From: an uncultured delta proteobacterium
GTDB lineage: Bacteria; Myxococcota_A; Polyangia; Polyangiales; B10-G4
DNA: 64,000 bases
Direction: 5' to 3'
Assembly: GCA_963727445.1 (NCBI GenBank)
Contig: CAVSGI010000006.1
Span: 416,001-480,000 of the forward strand
This document shows positions 34,782-46,903 of the stretch, piece after piece. Every line of letters starts with the position of its first letter. The first letter of the stretch is position 1. Under the pieces are notes generated by a model, which saw only the letters and a list, made by a program, of their open reading frames with translations, searched no databases and was not told the origin of the DNA. Position numbers and translations under genes: made by a program.

Positions 34782-35603
34782 TCAGGCGTAGGCGTCGGCG
34801 ATCGAGGCCTGGAGCGGGGCCGGGGCGAGCCGCGGATCCGCCACCTGGTTGCGCTCGCACTCGCGCGCCCAGAGGTAGAAGCAGGTGTAGTAGGTGCTCT
34901 TCATGTAGCCGCTCACGGTCCAGTAGACGTTGATCATCGTGAAGAAGACCAGGCCCGCGAGGATCGGGCTGATGCCGGAGAGCATGTTGGCGAGGAAGTA
35001 GCCGCCGCCGATGGTGACGAGGCTGAGCAGGTAGGTCAGGAAGCCGAGGCCGATGATGCCCACGCCGACCTGGGTCGGGTCGTGCTTCATCAGGTCCTTG
35101 CTGCGCTTGAAGGCGGCAAAGAAGCCCATGCCTTCGATGACCATGGCCGGCATCACGACGTAGGTCGCGGTGGTCCAGATCACACGGAGGATCTGCAGGA
35201 GGATGGTGCCGATGATGTCGTCACGCTCCTGCGCGTAGCTCGAGAGCAGGTCGAGGGCCGCCGAAACGGAGGCGAACACGAGGATCCCCGGGCTGGCTTT
35301 GAGCGTTCGGCTCATCGCCGGACCGAACTTCGCGTTCTGCGTCGTGACCTGGTCGTAGATCAATGAGACAGCGAGGCCGGCGCAGAAGTAGTCGATGAAG
35401 TAGAGGGCCGTGACCCCGAGGGCCATGATCACGAACCCGACTGGCCCGTCCGAGAACAGCGAGTACACGATCGCGAGCGCGATGTTGACCGGAACCGCGA
35501 CGCCGAGATTGATCGCCATTGGCGCGGCGAGGGATGGGTTGTCCTTGACCATCCCCACGACCTGTCCAGCGAACTTGAATACGCGGAAGTACCTTGCGAG
35601 CAT
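34782..35603 (-). CDS. Multi-TM membrane protein, DUF6159-like
   Basis: Several TM helices; WTTATYVVMPAMVIEGMGFFAAFKRSKDL motif. Confidence 0.6.
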   Translation of the reverse strand: MLARYFRVFKFAGQVVGMVKDNPSLAAPMAINLGVAVPVNIALAIVYSLFSDGPVGFVIMALGVTALYFIDYFCAGLAVSLIYDQVTTQNAKFGPAMSRTLKASPGILVFASVSAALDLLSSYAQERDDIIGTILLQILRVIWTTATYVVMPAMVIEGMGFFAAFKRSKDLMKHDPTQVGVGIIGLGFLTYLLSLVTIGGGYFLANMLSGISPILAGLVFFTMINVYWTVSGYMKSTYYTCFYLWARECERNQVADPRLAPAPLQASIADAYA

Positions 35604-35749
35604 CCAGCATCCTCCTCGAAGGCTTCGTGCCTTCGCTCCCACCTGACCGCGGGATGGGTCGCACGATACCAAAGATCGATGCTGTGGTGGCAGGGCAGAA
35701 CGCCATCCGGGTGGGATAGCGCCTTACATGCCCTGGCTCGGAAGACTCC

Positions 35750-36949
35750 CTAATCCCGGACCACGAAGCGTACGTCGCCTTCGTAGGTGAGCTCGCCGAG
35801 CTCGAGCTCCTCGAGCTTGTCGAGGACCTCGAGGCCCCGATAGCCGAAGGCCTGGGAGCGGGGATTGTCGATCTCCAGGACCTCTCCTTCGCGGGTGAGC
35901 AAACGGAATCGTCGCTGGTCGGGCCCGGCCTCGACCACGCCATCCACGCGCTCCACGTGTGGATAGCGGTAGCCGCCTCCGTGGGGAAGGAGATTGGCGC
36001 CCACGACGCGATCTTCGACGCCGTGCTCGTGCGCCCGCTCGAGGAAGCCCACCCGCTCGGCGATCTCCTCGGTGAAGTTCTTCTTCGGCTTCACCATGAA
36101 GATCGGATCGTCAGCCGAGATGGTGAGCGGATAGCGCGCCCCGCGCTCGATGTCGGCGTCGTCGAAGACGTAGCAGCCGAGGTGGCAGGCGTTGACCTCG
36201 GTCATCCCCTGATGGGTCGCGTTCTCGACCACGCTCCAGGCGTCGTCGAAGAGAGCCCGCGCGATCGCTTCACGTCGTCGCTCGTTCCAGTTCTGCACTT
36301 TCATGTAGCACTCGAAGAACCAGGCGGCGTCGTCTCCGGTGAGCGTGTGGAGCTTGCCCCAGGGCGTCTCGAAAATCCGCGCGCGCTTCCGGAGATCCTC
36401 CGACTTGTCGTAGTAGATGCCGACGCCGAAGGGGGACTGCACCCGGTGCTCGTGTCCGCTCGAGTGCATGACGAAGTACGCGGGCGCCGCCGGATCCTCA
36501 CCGATGCCCCGCTTGGTCTCGACCACGTCGAGGAAGTGATTGCCTTCGTGCAGGTCGTATTCGACGTGGATCCCTTCGAGCTCGATGCCGTCCTCGACGA
36601 GCTTGCGCGCCCGCGCCGCGACCTCTTCGCGGTCCGGAACCTCGGGCAGCGCGCCGACCAGCACGCCACAGCCGTTCGACTTGATGTCGAGCACCGCGAA
36701 GTCGCCGCTCCACTGGATGCGTCCGCCGTAGCCGAAGCCCTGGCCCCATCGGACCTCGTTCCGCGTCACGGTGGCGTCCGGCGCCCCTACGAAGGTGGCG
36801 TCGGGCGGCAGCCCCAGCTCCTTCTGTACGTGGTGGATCTTGGCGATGCCGTAGGGCATGTTGGCCGCGCAGAGCTGCTCCCCGACATCACCGATGCCGG
36901 CCAAGAAGCAGTGTTCGCGGGCTCTTTCGAGAAGCTCGTCGTCGCTCAT
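35750..36949 (-). CDS. Divergent RtcB-family RNA ligase
   Basis: RtcB motifs in order: APDA..GFGYG, SNGCG, EGNHFLD, VMHSSG, ATHQ, LPHGGG. Confidence 0.72.
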   Translation of the reverse strand: MSDDELLERAREHCFLAGIGDVGEQLCAANMPYGIAKIHHVQKELGLPPDATFVGAPDATVTRNEVRWGQGFGYGGRIQWSGDFAVLDIKSNGCGVLVGALPEVPDREEVAARARKLVEDGIELEGIHVEYDLHEGNHFLDVVETKRGIGEDPAAPAYFVMHSSGHEHRVQSPFGVGIYYDKSEDLRKRARIFETPWGKLHTLTGDDAAWFFECYMKVQNWNERRREAIARALFDDAWSVVENATHQGMTEVNACHLGCYVFDDADIERGARYPLTISADDPIFMVKPKKNFTEEIAERVGFLERAHEHGVEDRVVGANLLPHGGGYRYPHVERVDGVVEAGPDQRRFRLLTREGEVLEIDNPRSQAFGYRGLEVLDKLEELELGELTYEGDVRFVVRD

Positions 36950-36956
36950 GCCCGTC

Positions 36957-38792
36957 CTACCTAGCGCTCCTGCGCCGCCGGCGGAACCCCAAGACGAAAA
37001 GCAGGGCGAAGAGCCCTGCGCCCGTCGGGGCGCCGCTGTCGCCGTGACCGACGCTGCAGCCACCGCGATCGCGCTCACGAATCGACCCGTCGACGCTGCC
37101 GTCGACGCTCGCATCGCTGCCGACGCTCCCGTCGGGCACGCCTGCATCGGGCATCACCACCACTTCGCCATCGACGACGAAGTGCGCCATCACCGGCTCG
37201 GTCTCGACCGTCCCGTCCGACACCCACACGCGCCAGTACCAGTCGCCAGCGGCCAGAGGCCCGGGGGGGGTGAACGTGGTGTAGCCAGGCGTCTCGGCGA
37301 CCTCGCCCGACTCCACGCTCAATCCCGAGTCGAAGGTTTCGCTTCGATCGAGCTCGAAGAAGTAGGTGAGCGTGTCCTCGACGTCGGGGTCTTGTGCGTT
37401 CGCGGCCACCAGACGCGGTGAGGCGTTCTCGGGGAGCAGCACCTCGACCGGATAGAGAGGCATGGGGTTCGACGGAACGCGGTTCGGCGAGACCGTCAGC
37501 TCCCAGCTCTGAGAGCCCATGCCCATGTCGTCGTCCATCACCTGGACCTCGACCTGGATGGTGTCGGTGCCCACCGTCACGTCGCGATCATCGGGGGTCC
37601 AGGTCAGCCGGCCCTCGTCGCTGATGACCATGCGCTCGGGGCCGGTGACGAGGCTGAAGCTCAGCGGGTCGGCCATGCCCGCGGGCTCGTCGACGACCAT
37701 GTCGTAGATGTACGGCGCGCCGACGCTCGCGATCGGGGGCGGGGTGCTCGTGACCGTCGGGTCCACGTTGAGCACGCTGATGGTGCGGTAGCGCTCGGTC
37801 GTGTTGGTGCCGTCGCTCGCCTGGACGCCGACCCGGACGGTGCCGGGTCCATCGGTGGTGCCCGCCCCGATGGTGTAGCTGTCCATGCCCATGAGCTCGC
37901 CGAAGGTGCCGTCGTCGTCGGTGTCCCAGGAATAGGTGAAGGGGTCGCCTTCGAGGTCTTCGATGGTGGCCATCACCGTCACCTCGGATCCCTCGTCCAT
38001 CTCGAAAGGCGCGTCGAAGTGAACGCGCGGCGCACCGGGAGTCGCGAGGCCGAAGTTCTGGATCTGGTCGAGATAGTCGTCGAGTCCCACCAGCACGTCG
38101 TCCGGCGTCGCGACCACGCGGCGTGCTTCGGCCTGCGCCATCGCCTGGTTCATGGCCTGGATGGCGAAGGTCAAGAAGGCCACGCGCCCCCCGGCGGGGA
38201 CCGAGACGCTGAAGCTCCACGTGAAGTTGTCGCTGGTGATCGACGCAGCGGTCGCCGAGACCGGCGCGCCGTCCCCCTGAAGGACGTGCGCGAGCGACGG
38301 ATCGAGAGAGCCGTCGGTGTCGTCGGTGCCGAACCAGAAGTCCGCCGTGCTGAAGAGCGTGTCGCCGCTGCTGCTCGCGTAGACGACGGTGCCCGAGTCG
38401 CTCCCCAGATTGCCGCGGATGGTCACCGTCGCCGTCGTTGCCGAGCTTCCGGGGTTGCGCACCACGTCGAGGAAGCGCGCGTACTCACCGCCAGAGGCGG
38501 GGACGTAGATCTGCCGGCTCACCATGAGGCCGCCGATGGCTTGCTCGGGAAGGACGACGTTGCGGCCGCCCATGGTCGTGGTCGCCGTGCCTCCGCCGTA
38601 AGTCGTGCTGTTGACCTCGAGGTAGTACGCGCCGTCGTAGGCGTCGGTGGTGCCGTTGCTCAGATATCCGCCGGAGGTCTCGTAGATGTCCATCAGGAAG
38701 CCGCCCGCGGTCATCAGGTTGATGAGGGCGAGGGCGACGGCAGGGATCGCCATGGCCAAGAGGAAGCCGGCGAGGGGAAGAAAGCGACGCAT
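36957..38792 (-). CDS. Secreted surface protein with Ig/cadherin-like domains and MYXO-CTERM-type anchor
   Basis: Signal peptide; DLEGDPFTYSWD, NVDPTVTSTP, LSFSLVTGPERMVISDEGRLTWTP; GGCSV...TM...RRRRR. Confidence 0.75.
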   Translation of the reverse strand: MRRFLPLAGFLLAMAIPAVALALINLMTAGGFLMDIYETSGGYLSNGTTDAYDGAYYLEVNSTTYGGGTATTTMGGRNVVLPEQAIGGLMVSRQIYVPASGGEYARFLDVVRNPGSSATTATVTIRGNLGSDSGTVVYASSSGDTLFSTADFWFGTDDTDGSLDPSLAHVLQGDGAPVSATAASITSDNFTWSFSVSVPAGGRVAFLTFAIQAMNQAMAQAEARRVVATPDDVLVGLDDYLDQIQNFGLATPGAPRVHFDAPFEMDEGSEVTVMATIEDLEGDPFTYSWDTDDDGTFGELMGMDSYTIGAGTTDGPGTVRVGVQASDGTNTTERYRTISVLNVDPTVTSTPPPIASVGAPYIYDMVVDEPAGMADPLSFSLVTGPERMVISDEGRLTWTPDDRDVTVGTDTIQVEVQVMDDDMGMGSQSWELTVSPNRVPSNPMPLYPVEVLLPENASPRLVAANAQDPDVEDTLTYFFELDRSETFDSGLSVESGEVAETPGYTTFTPPGPLAAGDWYWRVWVSDGTVETEPVMAHFVVDGEVVVMPDAGVPDGSVGSDASVDGSVDGSIRERDRGGCSVGHGDSGAPTGAGLFALLFVLGFRRRRRSAR

Positions 38793-38843
38793 GGAGCTGA
38801 GTTTGCGCGCCAAACGGGCGCTTTTCAAAGGGACTGTGGCGGG

Positions 38844-39809
38844 CTAGAAGGTTCCGCCGACGGAGACCGCGCCACCGCCGGGGAGGGGAGAGGCGCCCCA
38901 GTGCAGCTGGACCCCACGGTTGGCGCTCTCCTGCTCATCGAGGCGCTCGAGGAGCTCTTGGTAGGTGCTCCAGCGACGCTCGGCCTCCGATCGGGAGATC
39001 AGGCTGATCACGCCGCTGACCACGCTGATGCCGGCGCCGATGATCACGAAGGCGCCGAAGGCGTCGATGTCGAAGTTGTTGGGGCCGAGGTAGAGGGGCA
39101 CGATCGCCAGCCCCACGCCGATGTTGATGCTCGCGTCCAGGATGCGGGCGATCCGGAAGCGGCGCGCGATCGCTTCGAGCTCCTGCTCGCCGTAGGCCAG
39201 CTTCGCGTACACCTCCTGGGTCGTGCCCATGGGCATGTGCGAGAACTGGACGTAGGGATCCTGGGTGTTCGGCGTGAGCAGCAGGTCGATGATCCCGCGC
39301 GTGACGCTCGCCCCCCCGAAGACGTAGAGGTAGGGCGAGAGGTATTGGTCGTTGATCAGGGCGCCGAGGGTGATCGAGATGCCGCCGGTGACGATGGAGA
39401 GGATCCCGTTCACCAGGCCGCCGCTCCGCGCGGCGACGGCGGCGAAATCCGCGTCGAGGACGCGCAACCGCGTCGCGATGCGGCTGGGGATCCGCACGCG
39501 GGGCGTCGCGTCGCCTTCTTCGCCGCTGACCGTTGGGTAGCGGCGCTCGGAGGCCGGCACCGAGCCAGGCGGCTCCGGCACCACCATCGGGCCTTCGGGG
39601 GTGGCGCCCGGTGGCGTCGGGACTGTCACGGTCTCCACCCCTGTTGGCGTCGGCGGTGGTGGGGTCGCGACGGGCGCGGAGACGGAGCTCGCGCCCGGGG
39701 CCGCGGGCGGCTGACCGAGGTCGCCGCCGCCCTCCTGGGCACGCGCGGCCTGGCTCGAGGAGAGCACGCCCACCATCGCGCAGTAGAGGACCAGGCGGCG
39801 GGCTTTCAT
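38844..39809 (-). CDS. Hypothetical exported/membrane protein
   Basis: Signal peptide, Pro-rich linker, hydrophobic Gly-rich helices, C-terminal GGTF. Confidence 0.6.
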   Translation of the reverse strand: MKARRLVLYCAMVGVLSSSQAARAQEGGGDLGQPPAAPGASSVSAPVATPPPPTPTGVETVTVPTPPGATPEGPMVVPEPPGSVPASERRYPTVSGEEGDATPRVRIPSRIATRLRVLDADFAAVAARSGGLVNGILSIVTGGISITLGALINDQYLSPYLYVFGGASVTRGIIDLLLTPNTQDPYVQFSHMPMGTTQEVYAKLAYGEQELEAIARRFRIARILDASINIGVGLAIVPLYLGPNNFDIDAFGAFVIIGAGISVVSGVISLISRSEAERRWSTYQELLERLDEQESANRGVQLHWGASPLPGGGAVSVGGTF

Positions 39810-39831
39810 GACGCAGATCATAGCACGCTCA

Positions 39832-40881
39832 TCATCTAGAGCCGGAATCCAGGGTGGAAAGCCCGCGCTGAGCGCGGAGGTCGTCGGGGGCGCGCCGGAG
39901 CGCTTCACGAAACGCGTCGCGCGCTCCACTTTCGTCGCCCGCCGCGAGCCGCGCGGCTGCGAGCACGAGGAGCGGCTCGGGATCGGTGCGCGCCGCGTGC
40001 GTCGTCGCGTCGCGCGCCGCGCGGGTCGCCTTCTCCGTGTCGCCGGCTTCGAGCGCGGCGCGCGCGAGGTCGAGGGCCGCGCGTACGTCGCCCGGGCGTG
40101 CATCGGCGATCGCCGACAGGCGCACGACCGCTTCGCCGGCGCGGCCGGCTGCGAGGAGCGCGCCCGCGAGGTCTCGTTCGATCGCGAGGTCTTCGGGATG
40201 GCGACGGAGGGCATCGAGGAGCAGTCGAACGGAGTCGTCCGCGTCTCCGCGCGCGAGACGGACCGCGGCGAGATCGGTGATGAGGTCGACGTCGGTGGGG
40301 TCGGCGCGCGTCGCCGCGACCAGGGCCTCGTCGGCGGCGATCAGATCGTGACGGCGGATCGCCAGGGCGGCGAGGCGGCGCAGGCTGGCGGCTGCGACGT
40401 GATCCATCCGGCCGGCGGAGACGGCGGCGCGCTCGATCGCGGAGCGGTGGTCTCCGGTGAGGGCGACGGCCCAGGGGCCGAGCGTGCGCACCCCACGGGC
40501 GATGGCGCGGTAGACGGGATCGGTGGGGTCGCCTTCCACGTCGACGGCTTCGAGCCCCTCGGCGATCTCGCCCGCCAGGCGTCGTGTGCGCGGGGGCGGT
40601 TCGACCGCGCCCGGAGCGTCCGGCTCGCTCGGGAGCGCGATTTCACCGAGGGAGAGCACCGGGCGCGGGTCCGAGGAGGCGCGGGCCATGGCGCGACGAA
40701 GCACCAGGATCGCCGGGCGATCCCGGCCCTGGGCGTGGAGGCTCTCCGCGCGCGTGAGCCAGCGTTCGAGCACCGGGTCCGGAGGGGAGGGGGCCTGGGC
40801 CACCGCCCGGCTCACATCGACACTGGACACGAGCGCCGACAAACCTACAAAGAGCGCTGTCGCGACCGACCTGGCTCGCAC
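39832..40881 (-). CDS. Tetratricopeptide repeat protein
   Basis: Repeated Ala/Leu helical pairs ending in P-D/E; start approximate. Confidence 0.65.
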   Translation of the reverse strand: MRARSVATALFVGLSALVSSVDVSRAVAQAPSPPDPVLERWLTRAESLHAQGRDRPAILVLRRAMARASSDPRPVLSLGEIALPSEPDAPGAVEPPPRTRRLAGEIAEGLEAVDVEGDPTDPVYRAIARGVRTLGPWAVALTGDHRSAIERAAVSAGRMDHVAAASLRRLAALAIRRHDLIAADEALVAATRADPTDVDLITDLAAVRLARGDADDSVRLLLDALRRHPEDLAIERDLAGALLAAGRAGEAVVRLSAIADARPGDVRAALDLARAALEAGDTEKATRAARDATTHAARTDPEPLLVLAAARLAAGDESGARDAFREALRRAPDDLRAQRGLSTLDSGSR

Positions 40882-40927
40882 TGCCCCGGATCCTAGCAGC
40901 GATCTCCCACCCGCGCCTGAACCCTCG

Positions 40928-43900
40928 ATGAAGACCACCCGCCTCCGCGGCGCGCGCACCCACAATCTCCGCGCGATCGATCTCGATCTCGCCCCTGGAT
41001 CCCTGGTGGTCGTGGCCGGTCCTTCCGGGGCCGGGAAGAGCTCTCTGGCCTTCGGTACGCTCTACGCCGAGGGACAGCGGCGCTACGTCGAGAGCTTCAG
41101 CGCCTACGCGCGCCAGTTCCTCGAGCGTCTCGCGCGCCCGCCCGTGGACTCTCTCGATCCGGTCCCCGCCGCGATCGCCGTCGACCGCCAGGCGCCGGTG
41201 CGCACCAGCCGCTCCACCGTCGGGACGATGACCGAGGTGACGGACTACGCCAAGACGCTGTGGGCGCGCGCGGCCACGCTGCACTGCCCGTCGTGTGATC
41301 GCGTCGTGGTGCCCGACGATCCCGCACAGGCCGCGGAGACGGTGCTCCGCTCCGTGCCGGAAGGCGAGAAGCTCCTCGTCACCTATCCGATCTCGATCGC
41401 CGATCCCGAGGACTTCGTCGGCGTGCGCGAGTCGCTGGTCGGCGTCGGGTACCGGCGGGTCCTCGCTCCAAAGGACGAGAGCGCCGTGATCGATCTCGAC
41501 GAGGTGCGGCCGAGCGATCTCTTCGGTGAGATCCGCGTCACCAAGAAGCGCGTGACCAAGAAGGCGGCGAAGAAGGCACGCAAGCGGCGTCGCTCGGCGC
41601 GCCGCAAGCCGGTCCCGAAGCAGGCGCCCGCGGTCGCGGAAAAACCGCCGCGTCTCGACGTCGTGGCCGATCGGCTGGTGGCACGAGCGCAAGACCGGGC
41701 GAGGCTGGTCGAGTCCATCGAAGCGGCGATGAAGCACGGCGACGGGAAGGTCGCCGTTCGAACCGCAGGCGCGGACGCGTCGGTCTTTCGATTCTCGCGC
41801 GATCTCAGCTGCGCGCATTGCGATCGCCAGTTCCGTCGGGCGACGCCGGGGATGTTCACGTTCAACAGTCCGGTGGGCGCGTGCGAGACGTGTCGCGGCT
41901 TCGGTCGCACCATCGGCGTGGACGTCGACAAGGTGATCCCCGACCCGTCGCTGAGCCTCGCCGACGGCGCGGTGAAGGCATGGCAGGGCAAGGCGGCCGC
42001 GTGGGAGCGGCGCGAGCTGCTGAAGCACGCGAAGAAGGCGGGCGTCCCCACGAACGTGCCCGTCGATTCTCTCACCGACGCGCAGCGCGCGTGGATCCTG
42101 GAAGGGGACGAGCTCGGTTATCCCAAAGGGTGGTGGGGCATTCGCGGCTGGTTCCGATGGATGGAGAGCCGCGCGTACAAGATGCACGTCCGCGTCTTTC
42201 TCTCGCGCTACCGCAAGTACGAGACGTGCGAGGCCTGCGGCGGCACGCGGCTCAAGCCGGAGGCGCTGGCCTTTCGCCTCGGGGGCCTCCGGCTTCCCGA
42301 CTTCTATGCGCTCCCGGTCGCCGACGCGCTCGCGCGGATCGAGGGCCTGGGCGACGCGGCGCTCGATCCGGCGACGCGCCTCTTGGCCGACGAGGTGATC
42401 AGCCGGCTGTCGATGCTCGTCGACGTGGGCCTCGGATATCTCACGCTCGACCGCGCCTCGCGCACGCTCTCCGGCGGCGAGACCCAGCGCGTGGCGCTCA
42501 CGAGCGCCCTCGGCGCGTCGCTCACGGGCGCGATGTTCGTCCTCGACGAGCCGACGGTGGGGCTTCACCCACGCGACGTCGACAAGCTGAAGACCGTGGT
42601 GCGCCGCCTGAGCACGGGCGACAACCTCGCGATCGTCGTCGAGCACGACGAGACGATGATCCGCGCGGCGGATCGAGTGGTGGAGCTCGGGCCTGGCGCG
42701 GGGGAGCACGGCGGCGCGGTGGTCTTCGACGGAACCCCCGCGAAGCTCGCGAAGGCCAAGACGGCGACGGGACGCGCGCTGCGGCGTGCGCCCGATGGCG
42801 CTCGGCAGCGGCGCACCAAAACGAATGGATCGATCCGGCTCGAGGGCGCGCGCGGCAACAACCTCGATGGGGTGGACGTGGAGATCCCCAAAGGGGTGCT
42901 CACCTGCGTGACCGGCGTCAGCGGCTCCGGCAAGAGCAGCTTGATCCTCGAGACGCTGCACCCGGCGATCAGACGTGCCTTCGACGCGGCGGGGCCCCGC
43001 CCGCTCTCCTACGATCGCATCCGTGGACACGAGGGCCTGAAGGGCGTGGTGACCGTCGATCAGGCGCCCCTCGGTCGCACCAGCCGCGGCAATCCGGCGA
43101 CCTATCTCAAGATCTGGGACGTGGTGCGCAAGCGCTTCTGCGCGGAGCCCCTGGCGAAGGAGCGCGGCTACACGCCCGGCGTCTTCTCTTTCAACGTCGC
43201 CGGCGGGCGCTGCGAGGCGTGCCGCGGTGAAGGCGCCGAGACGGTGGAGATGCAGTTCCTCGCCGACGTCACCTTCACCTGTCCCGAGTGCGGCGGCCGG
43301 CGCTTCGTGGGCGAGGTGCTCGAGGTGAAGCATCGCGATCTGTCCATCGCCGACGTGCTCGACCTGACGGTCACCGAGGCGGCGGCGTGCTTCGCCGAGG
43401 ATGCGGCTGTCTTGGACCGCCTTTCGCCGCTGCAGGAAGTGGGGCTCGGCTATCTGCGCCTCGGTCAGCCCCTCAACACCCTGAGCGGGGGCGAAGCGCA
43501 GCGGCTGAAGCTCGCCGAAGCCCTCGCCTCGGCCAAGCCCGGCTCGCTCCTGCTCCTCGACGAGCCCACGGCGGGCCTTCACGCCGACGACGTCGCTCCG
43601 CTCCTCGACGTCCTCGACCGGCTGGTGGCGCGCGGCGACACGGTTGTCGTCGTCGAGCACGACATGCGGGTGGCGGCGCGCGCCGACCACGTGATCGATC
43701 TCGGGCCGGGCGCGGGAGCCGAGGGCGGGCGTGTGGTCGCGGCCGGCACGCCGGAAGAGGTCGCACGGGCCCGCGGCTCGGCGACGGCGCCCTTCTTGGC
43801 CGCGGCGCTCGGTGCGCGGGCGAAGAAGAAGGCGCGCACCACCAAGAAGAAGGCGCGCGCGCGCGCGGATGGCGGCGAGGCGAACGACGCCATCACCGTC

Positions 43901-46387
43901 GTCGGCGCGTCGGAGCACAACCTGAGGCGCGTCGACCTGCGGATCCCGCGCGAGAAGCTGGTGGTGGTGACCGGGCCGAGCGGCAGCGGCAAGAGCACCC
44001 TCGCGTTCGACGTGGTCTACGCCGAGGGGCAGAGGCGCTATCTCGAGACGCTCACGCCCTACGCGCGGCAGTACCTGCCGCAGCTACCGCGGCCCGCGGT
44101 CGACAAGGTGGCGGGCGTCCCGCCGAGCGTCTCCCTCGAGCAGCGCACCACCCGCGGCGGCAGCAACTCCACGGTGGCGACCATCACCGAGGTCGCCCAC
44201 TACCTGCGCCTCTTGTGGGCGACGGTGGGGACGCTCCACTGCCCCGATTGCGGCGACCCCATCGTGCCGCGCTCGCCCGCGGCGCTCCGGCAGGACCTCG
44301 TCGGCCGCTTCGGCAAGCGCCGGAAGGTCACGGTGCTCGCGCCCTACATTCGCGCGAAGAAGGGCCTTCACCGCGAGCCGCTCGCGCGCGCGCGAAAGCG
44401 CGGCTTCGCGGAGGCGTTCGTCGACGGCGAGCGGGTGAAGCTCACGCCGGGCCTGTCCCTCGATCGCTACAAGGAGCACGACGTCGACCTGGTTGTCGGT
44501 GAGGCGGCGCTCGGCAGCGACGCGCTCGGGGTTCTCCTGCGCCTGGCGATGGACTCGGCGGCCGGCACCGCGCGCGTTCTCTGCGGCGACGAGCAGCTGC
44601 TGGTGTCGGAGCGGCGCGCGTGCCCGAGCTGCGGGCAGGGCTTCGGGGAGCTCGACCCGCGCTTCTTCTCCTTCAACACCCGGCAGGGGGCGTGCGAGAG
44701 CTGCGAAGGCAAGGGCGTGGTGGCCCCGCGCCGGCGTCGCGGCAAGAAGAAGCGCTCGACCGAGGCGCCTGCGGTCTGCGGCGACTGCGAAGGCACGCGC
44801 CTGTCGTCGCTCGCGCGGGCGGTGACCGTGCACGACGAGCCCATCACCGACGTGCTGGCGATGAGCGTCAGCCGCGCGGGCGCGCACCTCGCAGCGCTGG
44901 TGTTCGAAGGGCGCGACGCGGCGGTGGCGGAGGCGCCCCTCGCCGAGCTCCGTCGCCGGCTCGCTTTTCTGGAGCGCGTCGGCCTCGGCTATCTCGGCCT
45001 CGACCGCGCCGCCGACACACTCAGCGGCGGTGAGATGCAGCGCGTGCGCCTCGCGGCGCAGCTCGGGAGCGGGCTGACCGGGGTGCTCTACGTCCTGGAC
45101 GAGCCCACCATCGGCCTGCATCCGCGCGATACGAACCGGCTGCTCTCCTCACTGCGGGAGCTGGTGGACAAGGGCAACTCGGTGATCGTCGTCGAGCACG
45201 ACGCCGACACCATCCGCGCGGCGGATCACGTGATCGACGTCGGCCCCGGGGGAGGGCGCCTCGGGGGGAAGGTGGTGGCCCAGGGCACGCCGCGCGCGCT
45301 CGCGAAGGATCCGCATTCCGTCACGGGCCCGTCTCTGGCGCGGCCCCCCGAGATCCCGAGCGCGCGGCGACCCACGGACGACGCGGGATGGCTCGAGGTG
45401 CTGGGCGCGCGCGAGCACAATCTCGAGGACGTCGACCTCGCGATCCCCGTCGGCCGGCTCACCGCCGTGACCGGCGTCAGCGGCTCCGGCAAGAGCACGC
45501 TGGTGCGCGAGGTGCTCCTGCGCGCGACACGCGCGGCGCTCGGGCTCGTCAACGAGCGCGCACCCGGCGCGCATCGCGAGGTGCGCGGCGCGGAGCTCCT
45601 CATCCGCGCGGTGGAGATCGATCAGAGCCCGATCGGGCGAACGCCGCGCTCGGTGCCCGCGACGTACGTCGGCGTCTGGAACGTGGTGCGCAAGCTCCTC
45701 GCGGGCACGCCGGAGGCGCGGGCGCGCGGCTACGGGCCGGCGCGCTTCTCCTTCAACACCGCCGAGGGGCGGTGCCCCGCGTGCGAAGGGCAGGGAGCTC
45801 TCACCGTCGAGATGAGCTTCCTGCCACAGGTGCTCGTGCCCTGCGAGGCCTGCGACGGGCTGCGCTTCGATCCGGAGACCCTCGCGGTGCGCCTCCACGA
45901 GCTCTCCGCCGGCGAGATCCTGAACACCGACGTGGCCGACGCGGTCGTCCTCTTCGACGCGGTACCGAAAGTGAAGAAGCCGCTGTCACTCCTCGCCGAC
46001 CTGGGCCTCGGCTATCTGAAGCTCGGTCAGGCCTCCAACACCTTGAGCGGCGGTGAGGCGCAGCGCCTCAAGCTCGTCGCCGAGCTCGCCGCGCGCAAGA
46101 GCGGCGGGACGCTCTACGTCATGGACGAGCCCACCACCGGCCTCCATCGCGAAGACGTGACGCGGCTCATCGGTGTCATTCAGCGCCTGGTCGATCGCGG
46201 TGACACGGTGGTGGTCATCGAGCACCATCCCGACGTGATCCTCGCGGCCGATCACGTGGTCGACCTCGGCCCCGAGGGCGGGGAGGGCGGCGGCCAGATC
46301 GTCGCCACGGGCACGCCCGAGGCGATCGCGCGCGCCAAGGGGAGCCACACCGGCGCGGTGCTCGCAGAAGAGCTCCGGCGCACGTAG
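40928..46387 (+). CDS. uvrA: Excinuclease ABC subunit A, double-length form
   Basis: GARTHNL start, four Walker A motifs ([32 protein letters not shown]), four LSGGE signatures, Zn fingers, AEGQRRY twice. Confidence 0.93.
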   Translation: MKTTRLRGARTHNLRAIDLDLAPGSLVVVAGPSGAGKSSLAFGTLYAEGQRRYVESFSAYARQFLERLARPPVDSLDPVPAAIAVDRQAPVRTSRSTVGTMTEVTDYAKTLWARAATLHCPSCDRVVVPDDPAQAAETVLRSVPEGEKLLVTYPISIADPEDFVGVRESLVGVGYRRVLAPKDESAVIDLDEVRPSDLFGEIRVTKKRVTKKAAKKARKRRRSARRKPVPKQAPAVAEKPPRLDVVADRLVARAQDRARLVESIEAAMKHGDGKVAVRTAGADASVFRFSRDLSCAHCDRQFRRATPGMFTFNSPVGACETCRGFGRTIGVDVDKVIPDPSLSLADGAVKAWQGKAAAWERRELLKHAKKAGVPTNVPVDSLTDAQRAWILEGDELGYPKGWWGIRGWFRWMESRAYKMHVRVFLSRYRKYETCEACGGTRLKPEALAFRLGGLRLPDFYALPVADALARIEGLGDAALDPATRLLADEVISRLSMLVDVGLGYLTLDRASRTLSGGETQRVALTSALGASLTGAMFVLDEPTVGLHPRDVDKLKTVVRRLSTGDNLAIVVEHDETMIRAADRVVELGPGAGEHGGAVVFDGTPAKLAKAKTATGRALRRAPDGARQRRTKTNGSIRLEGARGNNLDGVDVEIPKGVLTCVTGVSGSGKSSLILETLHPAIRRAFDAAGPRPLSYDRIRGHEGLKGVVTVDQAPLGRTSRGNPATYLKIWDVVRKRFCAEPLAKERGYTPGVFSFNVAGGRCEACRGEGAETVEMQFLADVTFTCPECGGRRFVGEVLEVKHRDLSIADVLDLTVTEAAACFAEDAAVLDRLSPLQEVGLGYLRLGQPLNTLSGGEAQRLKLAEALASAKPGSLLLLDEPTAGLHADDVAPLLDVLDRLVARGDTVVVVEHDMRVAARADHVIDLGPGAGAEGGRVVAAGTPEEVARARGSATAPFLAAALGARAKKKARTTKKKARARADGGEANDAITVVGASEHNLRRVDLRIPREKLVVVTGPSGSGKSTLAFDVVYAEGQRRYLETLTPYARQYLPQLPRPAVDKVAGVPPSVSLEQRTTRGGSNSTVATITEVAHYLRLLWATVGTLHCPDCGDPIVPRSPAALRQDLVGRFGKRRKVTVLAPYIRAKKGLHREPLARARKRGFAEAFVDGERVKLTPGLSLDRYKEHDVDLVVGEAALGSDALGVLLRLAMDSAAGTARVLCGDEQLLVSERRACPSCGQGFGELDPRFFSFNTRQGACESCEGKGVVAPRRRRGKKKRSTEAPAVCGDCEGTRLSSLARAVTVHDEPITDVLAMSVSRAGAHLAALVFEGRDAAVAEAPLAELRRRLAFLERVGLGYLGLDRAADTLSGGEMQRVRLAAQLGSGLTGVLYVLDEPTIGLHPRDTNRLLSSLRELVDKGNSVIVVEHDADTIRAADHVIDVGPGGGRLGGKVVAQGTPRALAKDPHSVTGPSLARPPEIPSARRPTDDAGWLEVLGAREHNLEDVDLAIPVGRLTAVTGVSGSGKSTLVREVLLRATRAALGLVNERAPGAHREVRGAELLIRAVEIDQSPIGRTPRSVPATYVGVWNVVRKLLAGTPEARARGYGPARFSFNTAEGRCPACEGQGALTVEMSFLPQVLVPCEACDGLRFDPETLAVRLHELSAGEILNTDVADAVVLFDAVPKVKKPLSLLADLGLGYLKLGQASNTLSGGEAQRLKLVAELAARKSGGTLYVMDEPTTGLHREDVTRLIGVIQRLVDRGDTVVVIEHHPDVILAADHVVDLGPEGGEGGGQIVATGTPEAIARAKGSHTGAVLAEELRRT

Positions 46388-46396
46388 AGTGCGCCC

Positions 46397-46903
46397 GTGC
46401 GCATTCGGGTCATCGCCTTCGCCCTCGTCTTCGCGGCCGTCGCGTGCAGCGACGAGCCCGAGGAGATGAGCTTCAAGGGACACCTGATCACCGTTCCCGC
46501 GGGTTGGGACACGGCACGCTCGGGCAACGGGCCGCACCAGACCCTCGCCTTGGTTCCGCCGGAGTCCGCGATGGCCTGCCGGCTTGTGGTGGTGCGGGAC
46601 AGCCGCCACTTCGGCGAGACCGACGCCCGCGCCTTTCTCGCGACGGGCCGTGATCGCTACGGCGGCGAGGACGAGACCCCGCGCCGCATCGACACCGTAG
46701 ACGGCCCGCTCGAGGGGTTCGTCAGGCGGGGCGCCGAGCTGCCTGACGCCTGGGGTGTTCGCCTGGCGCAGGGCGAGAGCCATCTCGAGATCTATGCTGC
46801 CGGTCGCGGCACCGAGCTCGTCGGCATGATGGTCGGTTGGTACGACGACAACGCAGGCTACGTCGACACCTGCCGGAGCGCGCTCCGCTCACTCCGCCGC
46901 TGA
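46397..46903 (+). CDS. Hypothetical lipoprotein
   Basis: AVAC lipobox. Confidence 0.55.
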   Translation: MRIRVIAFALVFAAVACSDEPEEMSFKGHLITVPAGWDTARSGNGPHQTLALVPPESAMACRLVVVRDSRHFGETDARAFLATGRDRYGGEDETPRRIDTVDGPLEGFVRRGAELPDAWGVRLAQGESHLEIYAAGRGTELVGMMVGWYDDNAGYVDTCRSALRSLRR

